Assembly: GCA_038087875.1 (NCBI GenBank)
Contig: CM075994.1
Location: forward strand, 6,698,001 to 6,762,000
Source: Malacoraja senta
Lineage: Eukaryota
Direction of reading: 5' to 3'
DNA length: 64,000 nt
The stretch's first letter is position 1. Every line of letters begins with the position of its first letter. A program made the translations under genes and the position numbers. The notes beneath the pieces are model-generated. The model searched no databases, had not been told where the DNA came from, and saw only the letters and a list, made by a program, of their open reading frames with translations. Of the stretch, positions 49,536-62,494 are shown piece after piece.

Positions 49536-50389
49536 ATAGACAATGGGGACCCAGTGTGGGGGAACCGCTGTGGGGGAGAGGGGGTTAAAGGAGGAGCCTG
49601 CGTACTTTGTCAGCGCCATAGGTGGCCGCTATTTGTATACTCTGGGTACGCAAGCAAAGAATTTCACTGTGCCTTGTCACATGTGGCAATATAGTATTCC
49701 ATAGAAAATAGGTGCAGGAGTAGGCCATTCGGCCCTTCGAACCAGCACCGCCATGCAATACGATCATGGCTGATCATCCAGAATCAGTACCCCGTTCCTG
49801 CTTTCCCCCCATATCCCTTGATTCCGTTAGCCCTGAGAGCTATTTCGAACTCTCTCTTGAAAACATACAGTGAATTGGCCTCCACTGCCTTCTGTGGCAG
49901 AGAATTCCACAGATTCACAACTCTCCGGCTGAAAAAAGTTTTTCCTCATCTCAGTCTTAAACGGCGTACCCCTTATTCTTAAACTGTGAACACCACTGGT
50001 TCTGGACTCCCCCGATATCGGGAACATTCTTCCTGCATCTGGCTTGCCCAATCCCTCGAGGATTCCATCCCATTCCATCCCGGGAAGACCGCAGCCAGAA
50101 TAACGAGGGATTCAGGGATTCACACCATCTCTTGCTTTCCCCAGTGCCCCCAATGCGCCTACTCACGCGCGCAGACTAAAAATAACCCAACCCAACATCA
50201 GCAAAATGCAACGACGCAGGATTCTCGAAATCCAGGTCAAACCTTGGGCAAAAAAAAGTTGGTAAAAAAAAAGGTATCTCACTGCTAATGTAAGCAAAAA
50301 TGAATTTAAAAATAACACCAAATGCCTTATTTGAGTTGACAGATAAATTGGATGGTGGAGCAGGACAAGATTATTGTAGATAGTGCTCA

Positions 50390-52752
50390 GTCTTAGTTTA
50401 GTTTAGAGATTCAGCTTGGAAACGGGCCCTTCGGCCCACCGGGTCCGCGCTGACCAGCGATCCCCGCACACTAACACGATCCGACACACACTAGGGACAA
50501 TTTTTTCATTTATGCCAAGACAATTGACCTTCAAACCTGCACGTCTTTGGAATGTAGGTGGAAACCGAAGTTCTCGGAGAAAACCCCACGCGGGTCACGG
50601 GGAGGACGTGCAAACTCCGTACAGACAGCACCCGTAGTCGGGATCGAACCCGGGTCTCTGACGCTGTGAGCGTTGGAAGGCAGCAACTCTACCGGTGCGC
50701 CACTATCTTGGCACAGAAGTACAGCACAAGGAAGTGGTAGAAGCAGGCGCAGGAACAATGTTTAACGGTCATTTGGGACAGCTTCATGGAGGAGGAAGGT
50801 TCAACATGGAACATTATATAGCAGAGGAACAGGCCCTTCGGCCCACAATGTCTGCACCAGTCAACTAGAATAACTCAGCGGGTCAGGCAGCATTTACTGG
50901 CATGGTGGCGCAGCGGAAGTGTTGCTGCCTTACAACGCCAGAGACCAGAGTTTGATCACGACTGCAGGTGCTTATCTGTACGGAGTTTGTACGTTCTCCC
51001 TGTGACCTGCGTGACTTTCTCCGACTTCTTCGGTTTCTTCCCACACTCCAAAGAAGTACAAGTTTGGAGGTCAATTGGCTTGGTATAAATGTAAATTGTC
51101 CCGAGTGTGTGTAGGATAGTGTTAGTGTGCGGGCATTGCCTGCTCAGTGGGCCGAAGGGCCTGTTTCTGCGCTGTATCTAAACGAAACTACACTCAAAGG
51201 AATGGGTGATGTTTCAGGTCGAGTCAGGGGAGAGGGAAACTAGAGGTATGAAAAGGTGCACAGAACAAAGGAATGAAAAGTATGAAAAGGACAAATCAAA
51301 GTCACACGCAGACAGCACCCGAGGTTGGGATCGAACCTGGGTCTCTGGCCCTGTGAGGCAGCAACACCACCGGGCCTCAGAATGAAAGGTACGACGTCCT
51401 TTCATTCTCGCGACTGTGCTCCCTGGTCCTGGACTCTCCCACCAATGGAAACATCCTCTCTGTCGAGTGTGTAGGAACCGCAGATGCTGGTTTAAGCCGT
51501 AGTCACAAAAAGCTGGTGTAACTCAGCGGGACAGGCAGCATCTCTGGATGAGAAGGAAAGGGGGACGTTTCGGGTCGAGATCCGAAGAAGGGTCTCGAAC
51601 AGATTCTGTCGCCCATTCCTTCTCTCCAGAGATGCTGCCTGTCCCGCTGAGTTACTCCAGCATTTTGTGTCCACTCTATCCAAGTTTACTCTGTGTAGTC
51701 TAGATGTCTGGGGGGACCGCCGTGAGGGAGGGGATTGTGGGGGAGAACAATGGGGGAACTGGCACGGGGTGGGGGGGGGAATTTGTAACCTCGTCAGTGC
51801 CCTTTATGTAACGACTATTTGCATACCTTGGGAAGGTATGTAAGCAAAGAATTTCACTGTGACTTGTCAAGTGTTCAATTCAGAATTTTGTTTGTTGGGA
51901 TAAAACCACCGGCTCTCCCAGTGGACTGCATCCCAGGATTACCCATGGGATGGCTTTCCGGATATAAAAAGACGTCCCATCCCTTGGGAAAGGAACAACT
52001 ACTTTCTCCTCCCTCCCTGGGGAAGAGTTAGAACCAAACAGGGAGTTTGACTCGATCCAAGGCTCAGATCCCATGTGGGGTGGGGTGGGGTGGCATCGCT
52101 CGTGGTCGGCAGTAGGCACTGCCAATCCCGGGATCCCACAATGTGGCACCGTGGTGCAGCGGTAGAGTTGCTGCCTTACAACGCTTGCAGCGCCAGAGAC
52201 CCGAGTTCGATCCCGACTACGGGTGCTGTCTGTACGGAGTTTAATCGGAGTCTGTGACCTGCGTGGGTTTTCTCCCGCGATCTTCGGTTTCCTCCCACAC
52301 TCCAGACGTGCAGATTTGTAGGTTAATTGGCTTGTTATAAGTGTAAATTGTCCCTGGTGTGTGTGTGGGGTAGTGTTAATGTGCGGGGATAGCTGGATGG
52401 TGCGGACTCATTGGGCCGAAGGGCCCGTTTCCCCGATGTATCTCTAAACTAAACTAAACATCCCAGCTTCAATCCTGGTCAAAGCAAAATGCTGGAGTCA
52501 AGTACAAACTCTGCACAGACAGCACCCGAGGTCAGGATCGAACCCGGGTCTCCGGCACCGTGAGGCAGCAACTCTACCATTGTGCCACCATGCCGCCTAA
52601 ATCTGGACACAAAGTGCTGGAGTAACTGCTGCTGTCTGCACGGAGTTTGTACGTGCTCCCTGTGACCAGGTGGGTTTTCTCCGGGTGCTCTGGTTTCCTC
52701 CCACACTCCAAAGACGTACAGGTTTGCAGGTTAATTGAGCTTGGTAAAATTG

Positions 52753-52825
<73 letters not shown>

Positions 52826-52905
52826 CGTGTGTGTGTGTATCTCGCTGGTCGGCGCAGACTCGGTGGGCCGAAGGGCCTGTTTCCGCGGTGTATCTTTAAA
52901 CTAAA
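50390..52905. mobile_element. V-SINE cluster (50390-50705 -, 50900-51190 +, 52145-52458 +, 52500-52595 -, 52628-52905 +) with Penelope termini
   Basis: Repeated A/B boxes, V-domain and CTAAA tails; (TG)n expansion inside the last copy. Confidence 0.85.
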
Positions 52906-53954
52906 AAAACTTACAAAGAACTAAACTCATTAGGTCAGGCAGCATCCCTGGGGAACATGGACAGCTGACGTTTCGTGTCGGAGGCCTTCTTCAAACTCGC
53001 ATACCAAAACCTGACATGTCTCGACCCGAAACGTCACCTCTTCCTTCTCTCCAGACATCCTGCCTGATCTGCCGAGAAAGTCCAGCACGTTGTGTCTTTC
53101 CTTGGTAAACCAGCATCTGCAGTTCCCTTCTTTCTTCAATCTAGGCTGAGCAGCTGCAGATTTTAATTCAATTGAAAGATGTGGAGGCTCGGCAGACGAG
53201 GTTTACAACAATGCTGCCTGGATGAGAAAGGTATCAGTTACAGGGAGAGCTTGGACAGGCCTGGATTGTTTTGTCTGGAATGCAGGAGGTGGAGGGGGAG
53301 GACCTGATAGAAGTATATAAATTATGAGGCATATAGAGTTCCATGGACAGAGATGCTGCCTGAGTTACTCCAGTGTTTTGTGTCCATCTTCAGTGAAAAT
53401 CAGCGGGTCAAGCAGCATCTCTGGAGAACATGGATGGGTGACGTTTCGGGTCAGGAAAAAAAGCTGGAGGAACTCAGAGATGCTGCCTGACCCAGTGAGT
53501 TGCTCCAGCATTTTGTGTCTATCTTCGGTGTAAACCAGCATCTGCAGTTCCTTCCTTACACATTTTGTCTGCTCCACTGCAAAATCTCCTCAATGTGTGT
53601 CTGCTTTGAAGAAGTTCCCCTCCTCTCACTGACGAGCGTCGTGCAACATCCTCTCTCACTGCTCCCCCTCTGTAGCGAGTCTGGGTTAAACCATGGTCAG
53701 AGAGTAGGAGGAATTACAATACGATACGATAGAACTTCGGTTATCAATTTCCCTCCTGGGATAAATAACGTTCTATTGTATCGTATTTCCTCCTGATCTC
53801 CCACTCTCCAACCGTAGTTTAACCCAGACTCGCTACCACAGACACATTTGTTTTCTCGGGTCTGAGGAAGGGTCTCGCCCCGAAACGTCACCCATTCCTT
53901 CTATCCAGAGATGCTGCCTGCCCCGCTGAGTTACTCCAGCACTAGGTATCTATC

Positions 53955-54062
53955 TTTAGTGTAGTTTAGTGTAGTATCGCATAGTGTAGTGCAGTTTAGT
54001 TTAGCTTAGTCTAGTATAGTTAAGTGTAGTTTAGGTGTAGTGTAGTGTAGTTTAGTTTAACT
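53955..54062. repeat. (TAGTG/TAGTT)n pentamer microsatellite
   Basis: Direct inspection. Confidence 0.9.
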
Positions 54063-54769
54063 ATTGTCACGATAGAATAGACAGTGAGAACCTTTCTCCC
54101 CAAAGTGGAAATGTCAAGGATTAGAGGGCACAGCTTTAAGGTGAAAGGGGCAAAATTTAATGAGATGTGCGGGGCAAGCTTGTTTTTTAAGGCAGAGGGT
54201 GATGGGTGCCTGGAACGCGCGGCCAGGGGTGGTGGAGGAGGCATTTTAGATGGGCACACGGATATGGAGGGATATGGATCATGTACAGGCAGAGATAGGT
54301 TTAGGTTGGCATCAGGTTCAGCACTGATATAGTGGGCCGAAGGGCCTGCTCCTGCGTTGTACAGTCCTATGTTCGATGTTTAAAGTCAGGAACTTGATTA
54401 AATCCCACGACATGTCAGGGAGAGAGTGGGTCCCAAGTGGTGAAGTGCCTAATACATCCCAAACCTACAGAACCATGTTTAGAGATACAGCACAGAGCAC
54501 AACTCACGTATCTGTACACTGCGAATTGCTCGATTGTAATCATGTATTGTCTTTCCGCTGACTGGTTAGCACGCAACAAAAAAGCTTTTTGCTGTACCTC
54601 GGTAAACATGACTATAAATTAAACTAAACTAACGAAGCCTGCCCTGCCCTTTGTGGGATATGCTAATAATCATTCCCCCTCCTTCTTCCCAAATCAGATC
54701 CTCTCGCCCAGGAGAAATTATCACAAAATTACGCCGCAATACTTTTAAGCAGCTCCATCCAAGACCGCA

Positions 54770-55260
54770 AAAAATTGCAGCGAATTGGGGACGCAGACCA
54801 GACCATCACACAAACCAACCTCCCTTCTATCTACTCCATCTACACCTTACGCTGCCTCGGCAAGGCCAGCAGCAAAGTCAAGGACAAGTCGCACCCTGGC
54901 CACTCCCTCTTCTCCCTTCTCCCCTCTCCCATCAGGTAAGAGGTTCAGAAGTGTGAAAACGCTCACCTCTAGATTCAGGGACCATTTCTTCCCAGCTCTT
55001 ATCGGGTAACTGAATCATCCTACCACAACCAGAGAGCAGTCCTGAACTACTGTCTACCTCATTGGTGACCCTTGGACTATCCTTGATCGGACTTTGCTGG
55101 CTTTACCTTGCACTAAACGTTATTCCCTTATCATGTATCTGTAATCTGTAAATGGCTCGATTGTAATCATGTATTGTCTTTCCGCTGACTGGTTAGCATG
55201 CAACAAAAGCTTTTCACTGTACCTCGATACACGTGACAATAAACTAAACTGAAACTGAAA
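54770..55260 (+). mobile_element. Rex1/Babar-type LINE 3' fragment
   Basis: PLPSGKRFRSVKTLTSRFRDHFFPA plus the family 3' UTR and tail. Confidence 0.85.
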
Positions 55261-56518
55261 CATGAGATCAACTTGCTGAAAGACTAGCACCTTCCTGAGC
55301 TGCCTATTCCTTAAGGACACAGGTGAGGCCACATTGGAACACTGTGCACTGTCTGGTCTCCGTACTAATGCCAGGATATACTGGAACTGAAGGGAGTCCG
55401 GAGTGTTTCACCCAACTGGTCTGAACATAGACTGCAAGGAGGTTTCTCGACCCGAAACGTCACCCATCCTTTTTCTCCAGAGATAGAAACATAGAAAAAT
55501 AGTTGCAAGATCAAGCCATTCGGCCCTTCGAGCCAGCACCGCCATTCAATATGATCATGGCTGATCGTCTAAAATCAGTACCCCGTTCCTGCCTTCTCCC
55601 CATATCCCTTGATTCCTTTAGCCCCAAGAGCTAAATCTAATTCTCTCTTGAAAACATCCAGTGAATTGGCCTCCACTGCCTTCTGTGGCAGAGGATTCCA
55701 CAGATGCTGCCTGACCCGCTGAGTTACTCCAGCAGTTTGTTTCAAACTACAAGCCTGCACGCCTTTGGAGCGTGGGAGGAAACCGGAGCACCCGGAGAAA
55801 ATCAGGTGGGTCACGGGGAGAACGTGCACAAACTGCACACACACACGCGGACAGACAGCACCCAAGGTCAGGATCGAACCGGGGTCTCTGGCGCTGCGAG
55901 GCAGCAACTCTGTCGCTACAGTGAGTGCAAACGGCTTAAGACGGCAGTGCAGCGACAGGCAGGAGGAATGTTAAGGCACTAGATTCCCTGGAGGGAATGG
56001 TTATTTGTCCTTTTAAAAGAAAACGACAAGGACATTGGATAAAAATCCGCCCGTAAAATCGTCATTAGAGGCCGTTCCCTTTGGCCTTGAGGTGAGAATC
56101 CTGCAACTTGCACCCAAACAGTAAATGGGGGTAAACGCATCCACTTTAAGACATTTCCAGTACGCACACCCACAAATATTAATAGGTGCAGAGGGGAAAT
56201 AAAAGAAGACCATAACTTCTTATGAAGACATCGGTCATTTTAATGAGAGTTATAAAGTGTGCTCTCAGCCCACTTACTGGATAAATAAAAGATCAAATGT
56301 ATCGAAAATCTCTACTTTAATGGAGTCCCATTTATTAAACAGACACGCCAGATGTAATTACTGAGCCTCGGGTCTTCGCTGTTTCTCCAGCCTTTCCCAA
56401 CGATTCGCAAAGCATTCCCGCACCCCATCCCACCCCACCCCCCTTCTCCCCCCTCCCTCCCTCCCTCCCTATCCCCTGCAGAGAACTGTCGGCGCAGACC
56501 AGACCATCGTGCAAACCA

Positions 56519-56810
56519 GCACGGTGGTGCAGCGGTAGAGTTGCTGCCTCACAGCGCCGGAGAACCGGGTTCGATCCTGACCACGGGTGCTGTCTGTACG
56601 GAGTTTGCACGTTCTCCCCGTGCCCTGCGTGGGTTTCCCCTGAAACCTTTGGTTTCCTCCCACGCTCCGAAGACGTACGGGTTTGTAGGTCAATTGGCTT
56701 GGTGTAAATGTAAACATTGTCCCCAATGTGTGTCGGGTAGCGTCAGTGTGCTGGGATCGCTGGTCGGCGTGGACCCGATGGGCCGAAGGGTTGTATCTCT
56801 AAAAAAACTA
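56519..56810 (+). mobile_element. V-SINE
   Basis: A box, B box GGTTCGATCC, V-domain. Confidence 0.88.
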
Positions 56811-57589
56811 AAACCACTGAGCGTCAGAAACAACTGCAGATGCTGGTTTACACCGAAGATAGGCACAAAATGCTGGAGTAACTCAGCGGGTCGGGTAGCA
56901 TCTCTGGAGAGAAGGAACAGGTGACGTTTCGGGCCGAGACTCCAGTTTCGCCTTCGCCTGTCTCTCAGGCTGAAGTCTCGACCCGAAAAGTCACCTGTTC
57001 CTTCTCTCCAGAGATGTTGCCTGCCCCGCTGAGTTACTCCAGTGTTTTGTGTCTATCTTTGGAGTACACCAGCATCTGCAGTTCCTTCCTACACATTTTG
57101 TCCGCTCCACTGCGAAATCTCCTCAAGGTGTGTCTACCTTGTAGAAGTTCTCCTCCTCTCTCCGATCAGAGTTCTGCGACATCCTTTCTCGTTGCTCCTC
57201 CTCTGAGATTCCTCCTGCTCTCCGACTTGATGACCACGTTTTAACCCAGATATACCTCTAGTTTCCCCCTCCCTCAGTCTCAGTCTGAAGAAGGCTCATA
57301 AGGTCACAAGGAAAAAGGGTAGAATTAGGCCATTCGGCCCATCGAGTCTACTCTGCCATTAAATTCCTCCTAACCCCATTCTCCTGCCATAACCTCCAAC
57401 ACCCGTACTAATCAAGAACCCGAAATGTCACCTATTCCTTTTGCCCAGTGATGCAGCCTGACCTGCTGAGTTTAATTTGAATGAATAATGAATTAAAGTA
57501 AACTTGAATGAATTAATCGTTTATTTCGGTCATACATTAAAAAGAACAAAACTTTACAATCTAATTTACAATTTACAATCTACAATTTA

Positions 57590-57893
57590 CTTTAGAGATA
57601 CAGCGCGGAAACAGGCCCTTCGGCCCACCGAGTCCGTGCCGACCACCAATCTCTTCACACTAACACTACCCTACACACACTAGGGACAATTTACAAATAT
57701 ACCAAAGCCAATTAACCTGCAAACCTGTACCGTCTTTGGAGTGTGGGGGGGGAACCGAAGCACCCGGAGAAAACCCACGCAGGTCACGGGGAGAACGCAC
57801 AAACTCCACACAGACAGCACCCGTAGTCAGGATCGAACCCAGGTCTACTGGCGCTGTGAGGCAGCAACTCTACCGCTGCGCCACCGTGCCGCC
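57590..57893 (-). mobile_element. V-SINE
   Basis: Full-length reverse copy. Confidence 0.88.
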
Positions 57894-58046
57894 CTTACTC
57901 CAGCATTTGGTGTCTATCGCACTTCCATTGACTCCATCTACACCTCACGCTGCCTCAGCAAGGCCACCAGCACAATCAGGAACGAGTCTCACCCCACCCC
58001 ACCCAAGCCAGTGTGGATGCCAGTGTGCCCCAGTGCACACTGTACA

Positions 58047-58557
58047 CATGCGTAAGAACGAACTGCAGATGTTGGTTTAAACCGAAGATAGACTCAAAAA
58101 GCTGGAGTAACTCAGCGGGACAGGCAGCATCTCTGGAGAGAAGGAATGGGTGACATTTCGGGTCGAGACCCTTCTTCAGACGGAGACCCTTGGGCAACTT
58201 ACAACCCAGCGGTATGAATACTGATTTCCCTAACTTCAAGTAACCCTGGCATTCCCTCTCTCTCCTCTCTCCCCACCCAAGTCATTGTGCCAGCTTCAAA
58301 GTCGCCTTGTTGAGTCTCATTGTCTGTAACTCGTTTTCCCCAAGCCCACAGCCTGTTTCCTTTATAATCGTTGCTTTTTTTGCATATCTATCATTCATTC
58401 GTTCTATACTCTCTCCATAATCACTGCCTATATCTCCCGTTTCCGTTTCCCCTGACTCTCAGTCTGAAGAAGGGTCTCGACCCGAAACGTCACCCATTCC
58501 TCCTCTCCAGAGATGCTGCCTGCCCCGCTGAGTTACTCCAGCATTTTCTGTCTACCT
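58047..58557. mobile_element. Short Penelope derivative with inverted termini and two intact hammerhead cores
   Basis: Minus-strand core at 58152-58179, GIY-YIG tail LGNLQPSGMNTDFPNFK* in the middle, plus-strand core at 58464-58491. Confidence 0.88.
58464..58491 (+). ncRNA. Minimal type I hammerhead ribozyme core (representative copy)
   Basis: CTGAAGA-A-GGGT(CTCG)ACCC-GAAA-C-GTC: conserved CUGANGA and GAAA boxes, stem II, palindromic ACGT in place of stem III, and a GUC cleavage triplet. Confidence 0.75.
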
Positions 58558-58757
58558 TTAGAGTGGTTTAGAAAGTTGGGATAACTTAGAACTAAAGTGA
58601 CTCCAGCATTTTGCGTCACACTGCACAGATGATCCTATGACCAAGTGTTCACTGTGCAGGTGATCCCCTGACCCAGTGCATTGTACAGATGGTCCCGACA
58701 TATCCAGTGCATCCCTGGCACAATACAGTGCAAACTGTACAATGAGGGATACAGCAA

Positions 58758-59125
58758 CATAGACAATAGGTGCAGGAGTAGGCCATTCGGCCCTTGGAGC
58801 CAGCACTGCCATTCAATGTGATCATGGCTGATCATCCCCAATCAGTACCCTGTTCCTGCTTTCCCCCCATATCCCTTGATTCCATTAGCCCTAAGAGCTA
58901 AATCTAACTCTCTCTTGAAAACATCCAGTGAATTGGCCTCCACTGCCTTCTGTGGCAGAGAATTCCACAGATTCGCAATTCTCTGGGTGAAAAGGTTGTT
59001 TTCTCATCTCAGTCCTAAATGGCGTACCCTTTATTCTTAAACTGTGACCCCTGGTTCTGGACTCCCCCAACATCGGGAACATTTTTCCTGCATCTAGCTT
59101 GTCCAATCCCTTATGAATTTTACAT
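58758..59125 (-). mobile_element. CR1 3' fragment inserted in a degenerate CCAGTG(CAC) minisatellite (58600-59535)
   Basis: KGLDKLDAGKMFPMLGESRTRGHSL; CCAGTG units on both flanks. Confidence 0.85.
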
Positions 59126-59589
59126 GACGTTATTAGTGTGCACTGTATAACGATCCCAGAGTAGTTAAATCCACGTGGCCACCCAAAGAGACAGATCCCA
59201 GTGTTCTCCAGTACAAACGGCATTTCCACTGTAAGCCGTTCCTGGTGTCCACTGGACACCTGGAGCACTGGATGCCAGAGTGAGCAACAGACACACACTG
59301 TATGTCAAGGGCTGGTGCACCCAGTGGCCCTGTCCACCTTATATACCAGGGGAACTGGCCCCAGTGTCCAGCGCATACTACACTGCCAGAGCATCTGGCT
59401 CCAGTGCACACTGCATACTGCGATGCTCAAATCACAGGGCGATCCAGTGCACTCTACACTGTGATGAACTAATGCCAAGACAATCCAGTGTGATTCCCTG
59501 ATCCCAGTGCAATCCAGTGCACTGTGCACTGCAACGAGCAAGAGGGCACTTGTGCAAGGCAGTGTTAGTGCAAGAGGGTTTTAAGGAGA

Positions 59590-60290
59590 GGCATACGGTG
59601 GAGTTGCTGCCTCACAGCATCAGACACCCAGGTTCGATCCTGACTACGGGTGCTGTCTGTGCGGAGTTTGTGCATTCTCTCCGTGACCTGCGTGGGTTTT
59701 CTCCGGGTGCTCCGGTTTCCTCCCACATCCCAAAGACGTGCAGGTTTGTGGGTTAATTGGCTTCTGTAAATTGCCCCTAGTGTGTGTAGGGTAGCGTTGG
59801 TGTACGGGGGGATCGCTGGTCGGCACGGACTCAGTGCGCCGAAGGGCTTGTTTCCACGCTGTATCACTAAACTAAACTAAACTCCTTCCTGGGAGCAGGG
59901 TTGGATTCGCGGGAGGTGGTCTTGGAGGGGAGGATGCTCCATAAAACTGCGGAGCATCCTGGACAATACAGCCCACCCCCTCCACGACGCACTGGTCAAC
60001 CTGAGGAGGACCTTCAGCAACAGACTGGTCCCACCAAGATGCAGCACAGAACGCCACAGGAGATCCTTCTTCCCTGTGGCTATCAAACTGTACAAACTCC
60101 TCCCCCTTCCGTCGTGGGGTAGACTGAGACTGACTCCCCCCCCCCCTCCCTCCCCCTCCTCAATCTTTGCACGTCCCCCAAGCCTTTCCACTCGTCACTT
60201 TAATTTCATGTTTAATGTCTTTGTTTTTTTTATGACTGTTGGCAGATCAATTTCCCTCCAGGGATGAATAAAGTTATATCGTATCGTATC
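59590..60290 (+). mobile_element. V-SINE (59590-59882) followed by a Rex-type LINE 3' fragment
   Basis: SINE boxes; the LINE part matches 15360-15785 and has a (TATCG)n tail. Confidence 0.85.
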
Positions 60291-60383
60291 GGAAACTAAA
60301 ACCTATGTGAGAACAAAGGGGACTTGTGCAAGTAATAGTCTTGCTGATTTGCAGGCACAAAAAGTATTGCACTGTACCGTAGC

Positions 60384-60954
60384 TGGGGTTGCCAACTGTA
60401 TATCCCGTATTAGCCGGGGCATCCCGTATATTGGGCTCAATTGATTTGTCCTATACCGGACCGCCCTTGTCCCATATTTGACTGCTACTACTCGGGTCGA
60501 GGGGACTGTCAGGTCGGAGCGCCGCGTCCAGCCCCGCCTCACCTGTCCCGATGTAGTGCAGCCCATGGAGTGCAGCAGCAGCAGCAGCAGCAGCGCCTCG
60601 CCCGTGGCCCCGTCGGTCGGCGGCCCGGCCAGCTGTCCGACCTTCGGACCTTCACTTACCACTCACACCACCACCACCCCTCCTTCTCGTGGCCGATCTA
60701 CCGCCGACACCACCACCACCACCCCTCCTTCTCGTGGCCAATCATCGGCTCATGAGTTGGATGGGTGCCAGACTTATGACCTTATGCCATGAGTTGGATG
60801 GGATGCGGGCCAAAACTCCTCGGCGGGCTGGGCTTTGTGTGCAGTCATCATTCACCCAGCCACGGGCGAGTCGGTCAACGAATTGCCATCGGGAATTCGT
60901 CCCTTATTTTGATCCTTCATCCCTTATTTGGGAGTGAGGAAGTTGGCAACCCTA
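60384..60954. mobile_element. hAT-type MITE
   Basis: TIR TGGGGTTGCCAACT / AGTTGGCAACCCTA; degenerate 8-bp TSD ACCGTAGC / ACAGTAAC (6/8); GC-rich interior with (CAG)n and short duplications. Confidence 0.8.
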
Positions 60955-61102
60955 ACAGTAACACACGTGATAATAAAGAAGCCTTTGACTATCGCAGATA
61001 GTATCACTACAAGAGAGTGCTTGTGTACAAAGGGGCCCTTGTGCAAGAGACACCCTTGCACACTTACACAGAGATTTGTAAGTCAAATGGCAGTTACACA
61101 AG

Positions 61103-61570
61103 ACGTTGGTGAGGCCACATTTAGAGTATTGTGTTCAGTTTTGGTCACCGTGTTATAGGAAAAATGTTGTCAAGCTGGAAAGGGGGCAGAGAAGATTTAC
61201 GAGGATGTTGCCAGGGCTAGAGGGTCTGAGCTATAGGGGGAGGTTGAGCTGGTCGGGACTCTATTCCCTGGAGCGCAGGAGGATGAGGGGTGATCTTAGA
61301 GAGGTGTACATACCCATGAGAGAAATCTATCAGGTAGACGCAGAGTTGGGGAATTAAGAACCAGAGGACAGAAGTTTAAAGTGCAGGGGGAAAGATTCAA
61401 TAGGTAACTTTCTTTTTTACACAAAGGGTGGTGGGTGTATGGAACAAGCTGCCAGAAGAGGTAGTTGAGGCAGATACAATCGCAACGTTTAAGAAACATT
61501 TAGACAGGTACACAGATAGTTTGGGTTTAGAGGGATATGGGCCCAATGCAGGTAGGCGGCACTGGTGTAG
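61103..61570 (+). mobile_element. CR1 LINE 3' fragment
   Basis: LVRPHLEYCVQFWSPCYRK..RRFTRMLPGL. Confidence 0.9.
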
Positions 61571-61702
61571 ATGGGGGGTGTAGAAAGGAACTGCAGGTGC
61601 TGGTTTATACATAAGATAGACACAATGTCCTGGAGTAACTCAGCAGGTTGAACAGCAAAACTGCCATCAGAGATGCTGCCTGACCTGTTGAGTAACTACA
61701 GC

Positions 61703-62333
61703 TGTGTTAAAGAAGGAACTGCAGATGCTGGAAAATCGAAGGTACACAAAAATGCTGGAGAAACTCAGCGGGTGCAGCAGCATCTATGGAGCGAAGGAAA
61801 TAGGCAACGTTTCGGGCCGAAACCCTTCTTCAGACTGATAGGGGGTGGGGAGAAGAAAGGAAAAAAGGAAAAAGGCGGAGGAGGAGCCCGAGGGCTGGGG
61901 GAGGGGAGGAGACAACCAGATGCCTGATGAAGGGGAGGGGACAGCAAGGGCTAGCAGAATTGGGAGAATTCAATGTTCAAGCCCCCAGGTTGTAGACTGC
62001 CCAAGCGGAATATGAGGTGCATTTCCTCCAATTTACGGTGTTGCTCGCTGTGGCCATGGAGGAGACCCAGGACAGAGAGGTCAGATACGGAATGGGAGGG
62101 GGAGTTGAAGTGCTGAGCCACCGGGAGGTCAGGTTGGTTATTGCGGACCGACCGGAGGTGTTCGGCGAAACGATCGCCAAGCCTCCTTGGTCTCACCGAT
62201 GTAGATCAGCTGGCATCTAGAGCAGCAGATGCAATAGATGAGGTTGGAGGAGATGCAGGTGAACCTCTGTCGCACCTGGAACGACTGCTTAGGTCCTTGA
62301 ATGGAGTCGAGGGGGGAGGTGAAGGGACAAGTG
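61703..62333 (-). mobile_element. Penelope-like 3' end, near-identical to 11290-11885
   Basis: GIY-YIG RLGDRFAEHLRSVRNNQPDLPVAQHFN; hammerhead core on the minus strand at 61806-61833. Confidence 0.92.
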
Positions 62334-62494
62334 TTACTCCAGCACTTTGTGTCCATCTTAATGTAGATGGGGCATGTTGGTCGATGTGGGCAAGTTGGGC
62401 CGAAGGGCCTGTTATCGCGCTGTATGACTAAGAGGCGTAGAGCTAGGCAGTGTCACTACAAGAGAGCACATGTGCACAAAGCTGCTTGTGAGCT

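Noticed and set aside
7445..59882. tRNA genes at A/B-box motifs
   Set aside because: All continue into the V-domain and LINE-like tail of SINEs; no complete cloverleaf was seen.
60441..60792. PolyQ/polyHis ORF resembling a transcription-factor exon
   Set aside because: Lies wholly inside a TIR-bounded MITE with internal (CAG)n and (CAC)n duplications.
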